In this document: in pieces, positions 56,885 to 64,000 of the stretch
How positions within the stretch are numbered: position 1 is the first letter of the stretch
Layout: each line of letters opens with the position of its first letter
Assembly (NCBI GenBank): GCA_039961735.1
Contig: JABRVX010000059.1
Coordinates: 1 to 64,000, forward strand
Direction of reading: 5' to 3'
Length of the DNA: 64,000 nt
Source: Fimbriimonadia bacterium
GTDB taxonomy: Bacteria > Armatimonadota > Fimbriimonadia > Fimbriimonadales > JABRVX01
Notes under the pieces: model-generated
Database searches by the model: none
The model's input: only the letters and a program-made list of their open reading frames with translations
Told to the model about the DNA's origin: nothing
Made by a program: the position numbers and the translations under genes

Positions 56885-57474
56885 TCGTAGTCGCGTTGCT
56901 GATTGCTCCTTTGCTCCTTGCGGCAGGCCCATCCGATTACCTTCCGCTCAAGGTGGGCAACCGCTGGACCTATCGTCAGACGGCGGGCGACGGGAAGGAG
57001 ACCGTCGTGAACCGGGTAACCAAGGTGCGCAAGAAGGGAGATCAGCAGGCGTTCGTGCTCGAGGTGCGTGGGGAGAAGGGCGACAAGACGACGAGCGTTC
57101 TGTACTGGACGGCCGATGGTTTGGTCCAGGAGGACAGCACGGCGGCCAAGTTCTCGCCGCCCATGGTGGAACTGAAGCTACCTGCAAAGCCGGGCACTGT
57201 CTGGGAGTGGTCAGGGACCGTGACCATCGGCGGAGGGACGTACAAGGCCTCTGCGAAGTGTCAGCACACGGCCATTGGCAAGCTCACGGTACCTGCAGGC
57301 ACGTTCGATGTTCTGGTCGTGTCCAAAACCGTGACGGTGGAAGCAGGCAGCAGCCCGATCCGCATTACCACCACGGACAGCTATGCCCTGGGGGTCGGTT
57401 GGGTAAAGGGTGTGTTGGACGCGAACGGAAAGAGGACGGTTACCGAGCTCGTGTCGTACGAACTGGCAAAGTGA
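56881..57474 (+). CDS. Secreted hypothetical protein (paralogue family A)
   Basis: Signal peptide. LPLKVGNRWTY and TVPAGTFDV motifs, shared with the 60359 ORF (YPLGQGNKWVY; IETPSGKHMAIRVD). Confidence 0.5.
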   Translation: MIVVALLIAPLLLAAGPSDYLPLKVGNRWTYRQTAGDGKETVVNRVTKVRKKGDQQAFVLEVRGEKGDKTTSVLYWTADGLVQEDSTAAKFSPPMVELKLPAKPGTVWEWSGTVTIGGGTYKASAKCQHTAIGKLTVPAGTFDVLVVSKTVTVEAGSSPIRITTTDSYALGVGWVKGVLDANGKRTVTELVSYELAK

Positions 57475-58241
57475 GGGGGGACTTGCTGCTCGAGGGAAAA
57501 GCCGGGGTCGTTTTTGGCGTGGCCAACAAGTTCTCGATAGCGTGGGCTGTGGCGGAGGCAGCCGCTCGACACGGTGCCAAAGTGGCCATTGGCTACCAGG
57601 ACGAGCGGATGCTCGATTCGGTCCTCGGGCTGACGGAAGGCAACGACAGCTTTCGCGTATACGAGTGCGACCTCAACCGCGACGAGCAGCTCGCCCAGCT
57701 CTCCGACAGCCTTCAGCGAGACTACGGAGGACTGGACTTCATCGTACATAGCGTGGCCTATGCTCGTCGGGAGGACATGGCTGGGCGATTCTTGGATTGT
57801 TCCCGCGATGGGTTCAAGGTGGCGCTGGAAACTAGTTGCTTCACATTCGTCGCCTGCTGCCGCGCGTTGGAGGGATTGCTACGCGACGGGGGCAGTTGCC
57901 TGACCATGAGCTACCTCGGTAGTTCTCGGGTCGTTCCCATCTACGGCATCATGGGCATCGCGAAGGCGGCACTCGAGAGCTCTACGCGGTACTTGGCGTA
58001 TGACTTCGGCCCGAGGGGCATCCGCGTCAACGCGCTCTCGCCCGGGCCGATCAGCACGGTGGCAGCGCGTAGCATCCCGGGCTTCAGCAAGATGACCTCG
58101 GAGGCGAAGGAGCGCGTGCCGCTGAGCACGCCGGTAGCGCAGCCGGAGGTCGCCGACGCAGCCCTCTTCTTACTAAGCGACCTCTCGCGTGGGATCACCG
58201 GGGAGGTGATCTTCGTGGACGGCGGGTATCACATGGTGTGA
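57471..58241 (+). CDS. fabI: Enoyl-[acyl-carrier-protein] reductase (NADH), FabI
   Basis: LLEGKAGVVFGVANKFSIAW N-terminus, catalytic Y...K (VPIYGIMGIAKAALE). Start GTG 57471 (overlaps the upstream stop) or TTG 57483. Confidence 0.85.
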   Translation: MRGDLLLEGKAGVVFGVANKFSIAWAVAEAAARHGAKVAIGYQDERMLDSVLGLTEGNDSFRVYECDLNRDEQLAQLSDSLQRDYGGLDFIVHSVAYARREDMAGRFLDCSRDGFKVALETSCFTFVACCRALEGLLRDGGSCLTMSYLGSSRVVPIYGIMGIAKAALESSTRYLAYDFGPRGIRVNALSPGPISTVAARSIPGFSKMTSEAKERVPLSTPVAQPEVADAALFLLSDLSRGITGEVIFVDGGYHMV

Positions 58242-59131
58242 AACCTGGGCCAATCCTGTCCATTCCCAACTTCTCCGAGGGACGCGACTACCACTTCGTC
58301 AGGGCTTTGCAAGAAAGCGCGGCGGCACCCGGCGTCACCCTCCACACGCTTAGCTGGGACGTTGACCACAACCGAACGGTTACCGGGCTGTCCGGCGAGC
58401 CCGATGCTCTGCGCGCCGCTCTTCTCGCAATGGCTCGCATAGCCTTCGAGCGGATCGACCTGCGGAAACATCGAGGCGTGCATCCCCGAATCGGCGCGCT
58501 GGACGTGCTGCCTTTGGTAGCGACGGCGCCCGAGCACAAAGATGCCGCGCACTGGCTAGCGGCGGAACTGGGGCGTGGGATCGCAGAGCTCGGACAGGTA
58601 CCGGTGTTCCTCTACGGCGACTCGGCCCGACCCGACAAGCCGCGGGAGCTGGCCGCTCTCCGAAAGGGTCAGTACGAGGGGTGGGTCGGGAAAGAACTGC
58701 TGGGTGAGCACGCGCCGGACTTCGGGCCTGCTCGGTTACATGAGGCTCGCGGTGCGGTCATTCTGGGCGTTCGTGGTCCGCTGACAGCGTTCAACGTGAA
58801 CCTGTCGCTGCCGGAGCCGGGCCTTGCTCGAGGCATCGCGAAGGAGCTTCGCGAGGTCAGGGGCACCGATGAGGTCCTGCACGGAGTGATGGCTATGGGT
58901 GTTGCACTGGAGTCGCGCGGCATGTCGCAGGTCTCTACCAACATCACGGAGCCGGATCGGACAGGAATGGCCGATGTGTTCTCGTTCGTGGCCTCGCGTG
59001 CCGGCGGTGCAGTGGCGTGGTGTGAAGTCGTGGGGGTGGTGCGGGATTCGGACGTTGCCAGAGCCCGGGCTTCAGCGGAGTGGGAACGCATGCACCTGCG
59101 CCTATGGCCGGAGCAAGTGGTAGCTTATTAG
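58238..59131 (+). CDS. Glutamate formimidoyltransferase-like (FtcD N-terminal formiminotransferase domain only)
   Basis: Hallmark N-terminus ILSIPNFSEGRD. About 297 aa with no cyclodeaminase domain. GTG start overlapping the fabI stop (ATGGTGTGA). Confidence 0.65.
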   Translation: MKPGPILSIPNFSEGRDYHFVRALQESAAAPGVTLHTLSWDVDHNRTVTGLSGEPDALRAALLAMARIAFERIDLRKHRGVHPRIGALDVLPLVATAPEHKDAAHWLAAELGRGIAELGQVPVFLYGDSARPDKPRELAALRKGQYEGWVGKELLGEHAPDFGPARLHEARGAVILGVRGPLTAFNVNLSLPEPGLARGIAKELREVRGTDEVLHGVMAMGVALESRGMSQVSTNITEPDRTGMADVFSFVASRAGGAVAWCEVVGVVRDSDVARARASAEWERMHLRLWPEQVVAY

Positions 59132-59154
59132 GCTAGCCGCAACCGCCTCACGAT

Positions 59155-60144
59155 TCACTCTCCGCACAGGCGGCGGTAGAGAGAGAGCACCTTCGTGACG
59201 TAGCCCCGAGTCTCGGCGTAGGGGGGAATCCCGCCGTGCTTGCGGACCGCCCCGGAGCCTGCGTTGTACGCCGCAAGCGCCGTCGCCAGCGTCTTCATGT
59301 CCACGTACTCCTTGTCCGCAGGTTTATACTTCAGCATGTGCCCGCGAAGGAGCCGCACCGTGGCTTCCAGGTTCTCGTTGGTGTCGTACGCGTTCTGAAC
59401 ACCCATTCCCCTCGCGGTGGAGGGCATCAGTTGGCCCAGCCCTGCAGCCCCCTTGGCAGATGTGGCCGCCGGACGGAACCCCGACTCGCACACCACCACG
59501 GCGGTCACGAGGCGAGGGTCTACACCGTGCTTGGCGCTGAAGACCAGCATGCTGCGGGCGATCTGCTCCGCCTCCCAGTCGGTCAGCTTGCCATTCACCG
59601 ACTTCACGTAGGCCTTGTAGCCCGGCAGGACCTGTTCCAGCGAGGCGAGCAGCGTTTTGGGTAGGTCCTCCTTCGGTGCAGGCGCCGCAACAGGGCTTTT
59701 TGCGGCAGAAGCGGCCGCTCGCGCTCGCCGGGCCTCCTCGGCTCGACGCTGCTTCTCTTCGTGCGCCGCAATCTCCCCTTCCCCGATGGCCGCAATCAGG
59801 TGCAGGTTGGGCATCCCTAACCGGCCCTCGGCATCCACGCGGATCAGCAGTCGCACGCCGACCTGTCCGCGGCCGAACCACTCCGGCAACGGCGATCCCC
59901 GAACGATGAGGGCCTGCTCCTCGGCGGCGAGAATGCACATCTCGCTGTCGCCACTCTTAGACGTACCCTGGATGCGACCGGAGACTTCCAAGACCGAGCC
60001 GTGGGGCTGGGTGCCGACGAGGTGGGGAGCGCAAGGGGCCTTTACCCCGAACTTAGCGCGCAGGGCCAGGTAGTCGCTCAGTCCGTCGCCTAAGGCGGCG
60101 ACGCCGAGGCCGAGAAGCAGGGCTGCGATGGTTCCGCGCATCAT
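59155..60144 (-). CDS. Lytic transglycosylase domain protein (SLT/GEWL-like) with N-terminal signal peptide and coiled-coil linker
   Basis: SLT catalytic region CESGFRPAATSAKGAAGLGQLMPSTA...AYNAGSGAV. Confidence 0.75.
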   Translation of the reverse strand: MMRGTIAALLLGLGVAALGDGLSDYLALRAKFGVKAPCAPHLVGTQPHGSVLEVSGRIQGTSKSGDSEMCILAAEEQALIVRGSPLPEWFGRGQVGVRLLIRVDAEGRLGMPNLHLIAAIGEGEIAAHEEKQRRAEEARRARAAASAAKSPVAAPAPKEDLPKTLLASLEQVLPGYKAYVKSVNGKLTDWEAEQIARSMLVFSAKHGVDPRLVTAVVVCESGFRPAATSAKGAAGLGQLMPSTARGMGVQNAYDTNENLEATVRLLRGHMLKYKPADKEYVDMKTLATALAAYNAGSGAVRKHGGIPPYAETRGYVTKVLSLYRRLCGE

Positions 60145-60157
60145 CCCTTAAATGGTC

Positions 60158-60249
60158 TGGCGGAGAGGCCGGGATTCGAACCCGGGAACAAGGTTTCCCC
60201 CGTTACCCACTTAGCAGGCGGGCGCTTTCGACCACTCAGCCACCTCTCC
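60158..60249 (-). tRNA. tRNA-Ser (anticodon GCU), class II with long variable arm, CCA encoded
   Basis: Reverse complement reads GGAGAGGTGGCTGAGTGGTCGAAAGCGCCCGCCTGCTAAGTGGG...CCCGGGTTCGAATCCCGGCCTCTCCGCCA. Acceptor GGAGAGG/CCTCTCC, anticodon loop CTGCTAA, T-loop GTTCGAATC. Confidence 0.85.
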
Positions 60250-60358
60250 GCAGCCCGACATTATACCAAACGTCCCGGCTGGAGATGCGGATGCGCACAC
60301 CCTCTCTGGGCTTGGAAAACCCGCGCTCTTACCTGGTCGGGGTACCCTGGATTCCTCT

Positions 60359-61030
60359 ATGGAGAGAACAGAACTCAGCTTGGCCAAGCTCCTCGTGGCG
60401 TGCCTCGCGGCGGCGGCCGCGGCAGGCTGCCGCGACGCGAGCAAGCCCCAGATCATCGGAAGCCTCTCGGACGACCTGTACCCGCTCGGTCAGGGCAACA
60501 AGTGGGTGTACAGCGACCGCTCGCGGTCCGGCGAGATCATGCCTGACAGGATTCGCACGGTCGTGGGCAGGGTCGAGTACGGGGGGAAGATGGTGTGGAA
60601 GCTGGAAGACGTCGGCGAGGACGGCCGCGCGCCATCCGAGTTCGTTGCCTGGACGGACCAAGAGGGACTGTATATCCATCAGTTCGACGGCGTGACCCAC
60701 CGGGACGCTGTGCTACCCGAGCTCCAGTTCCCGCTGTTCAAGGGCAAGAAGTGGGAAACCATGATCAAGACCTACGATGGCGGGCATGTCCGCGATGAGA
60801 AGTGGGTGTACGAAGTGAAGGGCCTCGAGTCCATCGAGACGCCGTCCGGCAAGCACATGGCGATTCGAGTGGACGCGTTCAACTACTATGGCGACAATCT
60901 GGAGAACGCTTTCTACCGCCGCACCTGGTATGCCCCAGGTTTTGGCGTGGTTCGCTATCAGACCGGCATGGGGCCCGAGGCGGACCAGCGGGTGCTGATG
61001 CTGAAGGAGTTTAAGCGCGCGAAGCTATAG
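60359..61030 (+). CDS. Lipoprotein, hypothetical (paralogue family A)
   Basis: Lipobox AAAAAGC. Motifs YPLGQGNKWVY and IETPSGKHMAIRVD. Confidence 0.55.
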   Translation: MERTELSLAKLLVACLAAAAAAGCRDASKPQIIGSLSDDLYPLGQGNKWVYSDRSRSGEIMPDRIRTVVGRVEYGGKMVWKLEDVGEDGRAPSEFVAWTDQEGLYIHQFDGVTHRDAVLPELQFPLFKGKKWETMIKTYDGGHVRDEKWVYEVKGLESIETPSGKHMAIRVDAFNYYGDNLENAFYRRTWYAPGFGVVRYQTGMGPEADQRVLMLKEFKRAKL

Positions 61031-62011
61031 CGGAAGCCTCACCGGCTTTCCAGTCGCTGCCGACTCGTATCCAGCGATGGCCACCTCGGCTGCCTTAAAG
61101 CCGTCATGGCCCGAGATAGGCACCGGCTCACCGGTCTCGATGGCCCGCAGGAACTCCTCGATAAGCGGCTCGTCTATATTGCCACCGTAGCTCTGCTGGC
61201 GCGCCCTCATGTCCTTCATGCTGTAAGCCATCACGCCCTGGGCGAACATGTCCATTTCGATGACGCCTTCGCTGCCGACCACGTTCATCGTTACGTCGCC
61301 CCATATCTTGTAGCAAAGCGGGCGTGACCAGCTAGAGTCGACCGTTGCGAACACGCCGTTCTCGAACTCGACGGTCAACATGGCGATGTCCTCGTAGTCT
61401 CCGTGGTACATGTTGTTGCCGGTCTCGGCGTACACGGTGACCACTTCGGACTGCAGCAGCACGCGCAACAGGTCTGCGACGTGGACGGTGTGGTCCATCA
61501 TCGAGCCTCCGCCCGACAGCGATATCACGTTGAACCAGGAGTCGTGTGGCATCATGCCATGGTTGGTAGCGGCGACGGCGTAGACCTGACCGATCTCGCC
61601 GTCTCTCACCCGAGTCAGGGTCCGTTCGAACGAGGGGGTGTATCGGCAAGGGAAGCATGTCATGAGCTGCACTCCCGCCTTCTCGCACGCTTCGATCATG
61701 CGGTGCCCGTCCTCGAGGGTGGTACAGAGGGGTTTCTCGCACGCGACGTGGCAGCCGTGCTGTGCGGCAAGCTCTACGATCTCGCGGTGCTTCACATTCT
61801 CCGCCGCGACGACCACTGCGTCCGCCTCTGAGGCGAGCTTCTCGTAGCTCTCATAGAACGGCACGCCGAACTTGCTGGCGAACCACCTACCGCGTTCTGG
61901 GTCCTCGTCTGCGACTCCCAAGAACTCGGAGCGGGGGTTCTTCAGCAGCGCATCCGCATATCCCATCGAGTGTAGGTGTGCCGTGCTCAGGATTCCCGTT
62001 TTCAGGCTCAT
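61025..62011 (-). CDS. Gfo/Idh/MocA family oxidoreductase
   Basis: N-terminal Rossmann region (GILSTAHLHS...) and the EKP motif (ACEKPLCTT). Confidence 0.75.
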   Translation of the reverse strand: MSLKTGILSTAHLHSMGYADALLKNPRSEFLGVADEDPERGRWFASKFGVPFYESYEKLASEADAVVVAAENVKHREIVELAAQHGCHVACEKPLCTTLEDGHRMIEACEKAGVQLMTCFPCRYTPSFERTLTRVRDGEIGQVYAVAATNHGMMPHDSWFNVISLSGGGSMMDHTVHVADLLRVLLQSEVVTVYAETGNNMYHGDYEDIAMLTVEFENGVFATVDSSWSRPLCYKIWGDVTMNVVGSEGVIEMDMFAQGVMAYSMKDMRARQQSYGGNIDEPLIEEFLRAIETGEPVPISGHDGFKAAEVAIAGYESAATGKPVRLPL

Positions 62012-63003
62012 CGTCCGCCTCCCAGGCTTACCGGCTGGCCGGTGCGGGCGCTGTCGAGCGCCGCCCGAGATATCTCCACTGCTCGCAACCCGTCTTCAGC
62101 CGTGATGTCGGGCTGTTTGCCCGTGGTCACACACTCGACGAAGTGTGCGAGCTCTCGACGGTAGGGGTCGTCGTTGGGCATCAGCGGGCTTTCGCGATGC
62201 GGGGCTACCGGCGCGTCACCTGTCGAACGCTTTGCTACGCTGAAAGTCGGGTTGTTACGCGAGTCGTACTCCAAGAAGCCACCGTCACCCGCAATCTCGA
62301 ACCAGACGCGGAAGCCGCCGGGATCCGCCCAGGTACCTTCCACGTGTGCGATCGCCCCGGAGCGCAACTTCAGCGTTGCCAGGGCGTAATCGCACTGCGG
62401 GATGTTGCGGTGCACCAGAGCCTTTGCGAACACGCGCTCCACCTCACCGAATGTCCAACGCAACCAGTCGAAATCGTGGATTACCAGGTCCAGCAGCACG
62501 CCGCCGCTCTGGCTGTAGTCGCCGAACCAACCGCTGCTCCACTTGGGGAACGGTCCGCCTCGATGAGTGCGGATGGCCGCCGGCGTGCCGACCTCTCCGT
62601 CCCTTACTAGGCGGTGGGCCAACGCGAACTCCGGGAAGAAGCGGAGCACGTGGGCGGGCATGAACACGCGCCCCGCGCGCTCGGCAGCAGCGACAACCTC
62701 CCGACATTCCTCCACCGTGAGGCACATCGGCTTCTCGCAGATGACATGCTTGCCGGCATCCAGCGCCTGAACGGCCAGTTGCCTGTGTGTCGGCGTGGGG
62801 GTGCAGATGTCCACCGCCTGGCAACGCTGGAGCAGTTCTTCGAACGAGCCGACCGGCTCACCGCCATACTCGCTGGAAAAGGGTTGGAGGCGTTCGGGCT
62901 TCAGGTCGTATACTGCTGCCAGTGCAGCACCGGGAACGTTTCGGTAATGGCGAGCGTGGACACGGCCCATGTTGCCGAGGCCCACGATGCCGATGTTCAA
63001 CAT
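62008..63003 (-). CDS. Gfo/Idh/MocA family oxidoreductase
   Basis: MLNIGIVGLGNMG and ICEKPMC motifs. Start ATG 63003, 6 nt after GGAGG. Overlaps the downstream paralogue's start by 4 bp. Confidence 0.75.
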   Translation of the reverse strand: MLNIGIVGLGNMGRVHARHYRNVPGAALAAVYDLKPERLQPFSSEYGGEPVGSFEELLQRCQAVDICTPTPTHRQLAVQALDAGKHVICEKPMCLTVEECREVVAAAERAGRVFMPAHVLRFFPEFALAHRLVRDGEVGTPAAIRTHRGGPFPKWSSGWFGDYSQSGGVLLDLVIHDFDWLRWTFGEVERVFAKALVHRNIPQCDYALATLKLRSGAIAHVEGTWADPGGFRVWFEIAGDGGFLEYDSRNNPTFSVAKRSTGDAPVAPHRESPLMPNDDPYRRELAHFVECVTTGKQPDITAEDGLRAVEISRAALDSARTGQPVSLGGGR

Positions 63004-63066
63004 GGGCATCCTCCGGGTTCGTAGAGGGTCTTGCGGCACGCCGCGGACCCGGAGAGGGGATACGAC

Positions 63067-63837
63067 CTAGGTGCGCGACCTCCTGCGGGGTCCTTCTCGT
63101 CCGGCAGACCGCCAAGCGTAGCGGACCGCGAAGTACACCATCGCGGCGCTGAATGCGCACCACAAGGAGGCCCACAGCTCTGCGGGTAAGCCAGTCGTCT
63201 GTGCCATGCGCATCGCGTCGCTCGGCATCCCGTGACCCTCCGTGGCCTTGAAGAGCCAGTAGAACGCCTGGAACGCCGCCGCACACTGCTGGATGGCGAC
63301 GAACTGCGCGAGGAAGACAACTCCCCCGGTTGGCAGCCACTTCGCGCCGGCGAAAATGGCGACCACACTGGTGATCCCCACGGCAACCGCAAGCGCCTCA
63401 CCCCGGACCAACGCGATCATTCCCAAAGCCACCGAAGCCGCGAAGAAGCCCAGGAGCCACCGCACGAGCCGCTCGCGATGGGATAGCACGAGCAGCACTG
63501 CCCCCATCACGGCAGAGCCTACGTAACCCGCAGGGGCGATGAGCCATATCTGGCCGCCGGTGATGTGCGTGACACCACTCGCGTTGGGATACACGATAAT
63601 GTGGGACACAGACCCGTCGGAGGCCCACGCAGCAAGCGCATGCATGTATTCGTGGATGAAGGTGTTGAGGATGGTGACGGGGCTGATGAGCATCCTGCCG
63701 ATGGGCCAGTACCAGAGAAACATAGCGGCGAGCGAGGCGACGACGAGGGTGGTGCGGTAGTTGACCCCCGTTCTGCCCGTCTGGTGCGGCCTGTCGCCGA
63801 GATCGAGATAGTCAGTCGGACTCGTTGGAATGCCCAC
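63067..63837 (-). CDS. Membrane metalloprotease, M50/site-2-protease-like (HEXXH within a TM helix)
   Basis: FIHEYMHALAAW motif plus multiple TM helices. Confidence 0.55.
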   Translation of the reverse strand: MGIPTSPTDYLDLGDRPHQTGRTGVNYRTTLVVASLAAMFLWYWPIGRMLISPVTILNTFIHEYMHALAAWASDGSVSHIIVYPNASGVTHITGGQIWLIAPAGYVGSAVMGAVLLVLSHRERLVRWLLGFFAASVALGMIALVRGEALAVAVGITSVVAIFAGAKWLPTGGVVFLAQFVAIQQCAAAFQAFYWLFKATEGHGMPSDAMRMAQTTGLPAELWASLWCAFSAAMVYFAVRYAWRSAGREGPRRRSRT

Positions 63838-63900
63838 GTCTCCAGTACGTTCTATGATTTCGGAGGGTTGCCCTCCGGCTCTGTGTCCCGGTGCATTGGG

Positions 63901-64000
63901 CTACTTGCCCACGCAGAAGTCGGCGAAGATTCGCTCCACGAGGTCTGCGGTAACGGTCTCTCCCGTAATGAGACCGAGCGCATCGAGGGCCTCGCGCAGG
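63901..64000 (-). CDS. mnmE: 3' end of tRNA modification GTPase MnmE (partial; continues beyond the window)
   Basis: C-terminal ...[15 protein letters not shown]. The FC(I/V)GK terminus is the MnmE signature. Confidence 0.6.
   Translation of the reverse strand, partial: LREALDALGLITGETVTADLVERIFADFCVGK

Overview
This is a GC-rich bacterial chromosomal segment, mostly gene-dense on both strands. The lineage is uncertain; the DUF1559 pilin-like protein and the exosortase locus weakly suggest an Armatimonadota- or Planctomycetota-like organism.

Features from start to end:
- A REP-associated tyrosine transposase (RAYT) sits at the window start, flanked by inverted REP-like copies and a 40-bp tandem REP-derived array.
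- An exosortase-linked exopolysaccharide locus of about 18 kb spans roughly 2.2 to 20.7 kb. It contains Wza, an atypical Wzc, a priming sugar transferase, an NAD-dependent epimerase overlapping a UbiA-family polyprenyl-phosphate phosphoribosyltransferase, GtrA, exosortase and EpsI, Wzy-like, GT4 and two GT-C/GT39 glycosyltransferases. A membrane HD-GYP phosphodiesterase and a degenerate HD-GYP paralogue are embedded in it.
- Further along come XerD, a large secreted HEXXH protein, an NfeD-flotillin operon, a four-repeat CRISPR-like array with its own promoter, and a DUF5107/TPR protein.
- Housekeeping genes follow: a general-stress KGG-repeat protein, trmH, rrf2-cysK, trxA, dnaG-rpoD, an isocitrate/isopropylmalate dehydrogenase-family enzyme, smpB, glnA, a pabB/pabC fusion, galT, lgt, pcrA, fabI, a formimidoyltransferase-like gene, tRNA-Ser(GCU), two Gfo/Idh/MocA oxidoreductases and the 3' end of mnmE.
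- Other notable genes are an octaheme cytochrome c, a dockerin-bearing reprolysin-like metalloprotease and a Cas4-like PD-(D/E)XK nuclease.

No cas genes are visible anywhere in the window, which makes the array the most unusual feature. The combination of UbiA, GtrA and GT-C genes points to a polyprenyl-phospho-pentose donor route.

All calls come from reading the translations and the DNA by eye. No database searches were run.
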